DNA from: Camelus ferus
Lineage: Eukaryota
Reading direction: 5' to 3'
NCBI RefSeq assembly: GCF_009834535.1
Contig: NC_045696.1
Span: forward strand, 8,124,001 to 8,188,000
Length of the DNA stretch: 64,000 bases
In this document: piece by piece, positions 63,020 through 64,000 of the stretch
Numbering within the stretch: the first letter of the stretch is position 1
How the letters are laid out: each line of letters begins with the position of its first letter
Notes under the pieces: generated by a model
Told to the model about the DNA's origin: nothing
Database searches by the model: none
Seen by the model: the letters and a program-made list of their open reading frames with translations, nothing else
Program-made: the position numbers and the translations under genes

Positions 63020-63526
63020 TATTGTCCCCCCGCCCCCACCCCTGCCAGATGTCCACATCCTGGTCCCCCGAATCTGTGAATGTTACTTTGTATGGCAAAG
63101 GGGATTTTGCAGATGTGATTAAATTGAGGATCTTGAGATGGGAAGATATTCTGGGATTATCTTGGCGGGCTCAATGTAACCCCAAATGTTCTTACTAGAA
63201 GGAAGCAGGGAGGTCAGAGGCAGAGGGGGATATGAGACAAAAGCAAGGAGAGGGAGGGAGGTTGAGATTGAGACTGCTTTGAAGATGCTCACATCACTGG
63301 CTTTAAAGATGGAGGAAGGGGCCAGGGAGGCTGACCTCCAAAAGCTGGAAAAAAACAAGGAAATGGGTTCTCCTCTAGAACCTTCAGAAAGAGCACAGCT
63401 CTGTTGACATCTTGACTTTAGGACTTCTGACCGTCTGGAATTGTAAATTGATAAATTTGTGTTGTCTTAAGCCATGAAATGTGTGGTAATTTGTTACGGC
63501 AGCAACCAGAAACTGGTACTGATAAC
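63020..63526 (+). mobile_element. MLT1D-like MaLR LTR
   Basis: gatgtccacatcctggtccccgaatctgtgaatgttac...ggcaaaggggattttgcagatgtgattaa...gtggtaatttgttacggcagcaa. Confidence 0.85.
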
Positions 63527-64000
63527 ACAGAGGAGTCCCCCCTCGCCTCGAGGACTGAGTGAAAACGCCCTTCACCTGTGCCCAGCACAGCATCCCACAA
63601 AGAATTTGAATTGTGAACAAATCTTAAGAAAAAAACGGCTTTGAGGAAGAAAACTGATACTTTCCAGAGGGTTGAGCAGAAATGAATTAACGGGGAAAAT
63701 CTGCTTGACACATTCCTCTCCTAGAAAATCTGATCTGTTTGGTGGACCAGAGCAGAAGTGACGAGTAAGGTCTTGTGTCCGATCCAAATTCCAGCCATCT
63801 AAACAGCTCTGCGCACCTGTTCACAAGTCATGGGTTCTGACGGGTTTTGATAACTGTGATACTATTTCAGCTGGCTTTGCTCTCACTCAGTGAGGCTACC
63901 ATCCCTTTGTGTTTCCTAAATCATTAGGTTTCGAAGCAAAGCATTCACCAGCAACATGGTATGTTCTGGGCTCTTGTCCAAAAGATGTGTTGCCATCTGG

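Noticed and set aside
1..64000. A novel multi-gene system, CRISPR array or RNA gene
   Set aside because: All convincing coding signal is explained by DOP1B, CBR3 and L1 ORF2; no repeat-spacer array or recognisable rRNA, snRNA or snoRNA was seen, though a small ncRNA could be missed by eye.

Overview
Mammalian genomic DNA, most likely a camelid (three Vic-1-type tRNA-derived SINEs). It carries two minus-strand genes in the same order as human 21q22. The first is the complete three-exon carbonyl reductase CBR3 (CDS 58967-58679, 57237-57130, 53265-52829; 834 nt, 277 aa). The second is the 5' part of DOP1B/DOPEY2: a putative non-coding exon 1 in a CpG island at about 47.0-47.95 kb, then coding exons 2-12 (1473 nt, 491 codons, all GT-AG and in phase), running off the left edge. 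The rest is intronic or intergenic DNA with L1 fragments of several ages (two young copies with target-site duplications, two nested insertions), MaLR/ERV LTRs, MER2/MER5/MER20 DNA transposons, MIR/L2 relics and microsatellites. I see no prokaryotic features, CRISPR arrays or new protein-coding system. The most interesting small-scale signals are an AUG-UAA start-stop element 1 nt before the DOP1B start codon, an ARE/kB cluster upstream of CBR3, a duplicated GC-box unit in the DOP1B promoter, convergent CTCF motifs, a sense-oriented solo LTR, a purine-rich splice acceptor and CBR1-like residues in CBR3. Exon boundaries were read base by base. Repeat family names and comparisons with human proteins are from memory, and most repeat boundaries are approximate.
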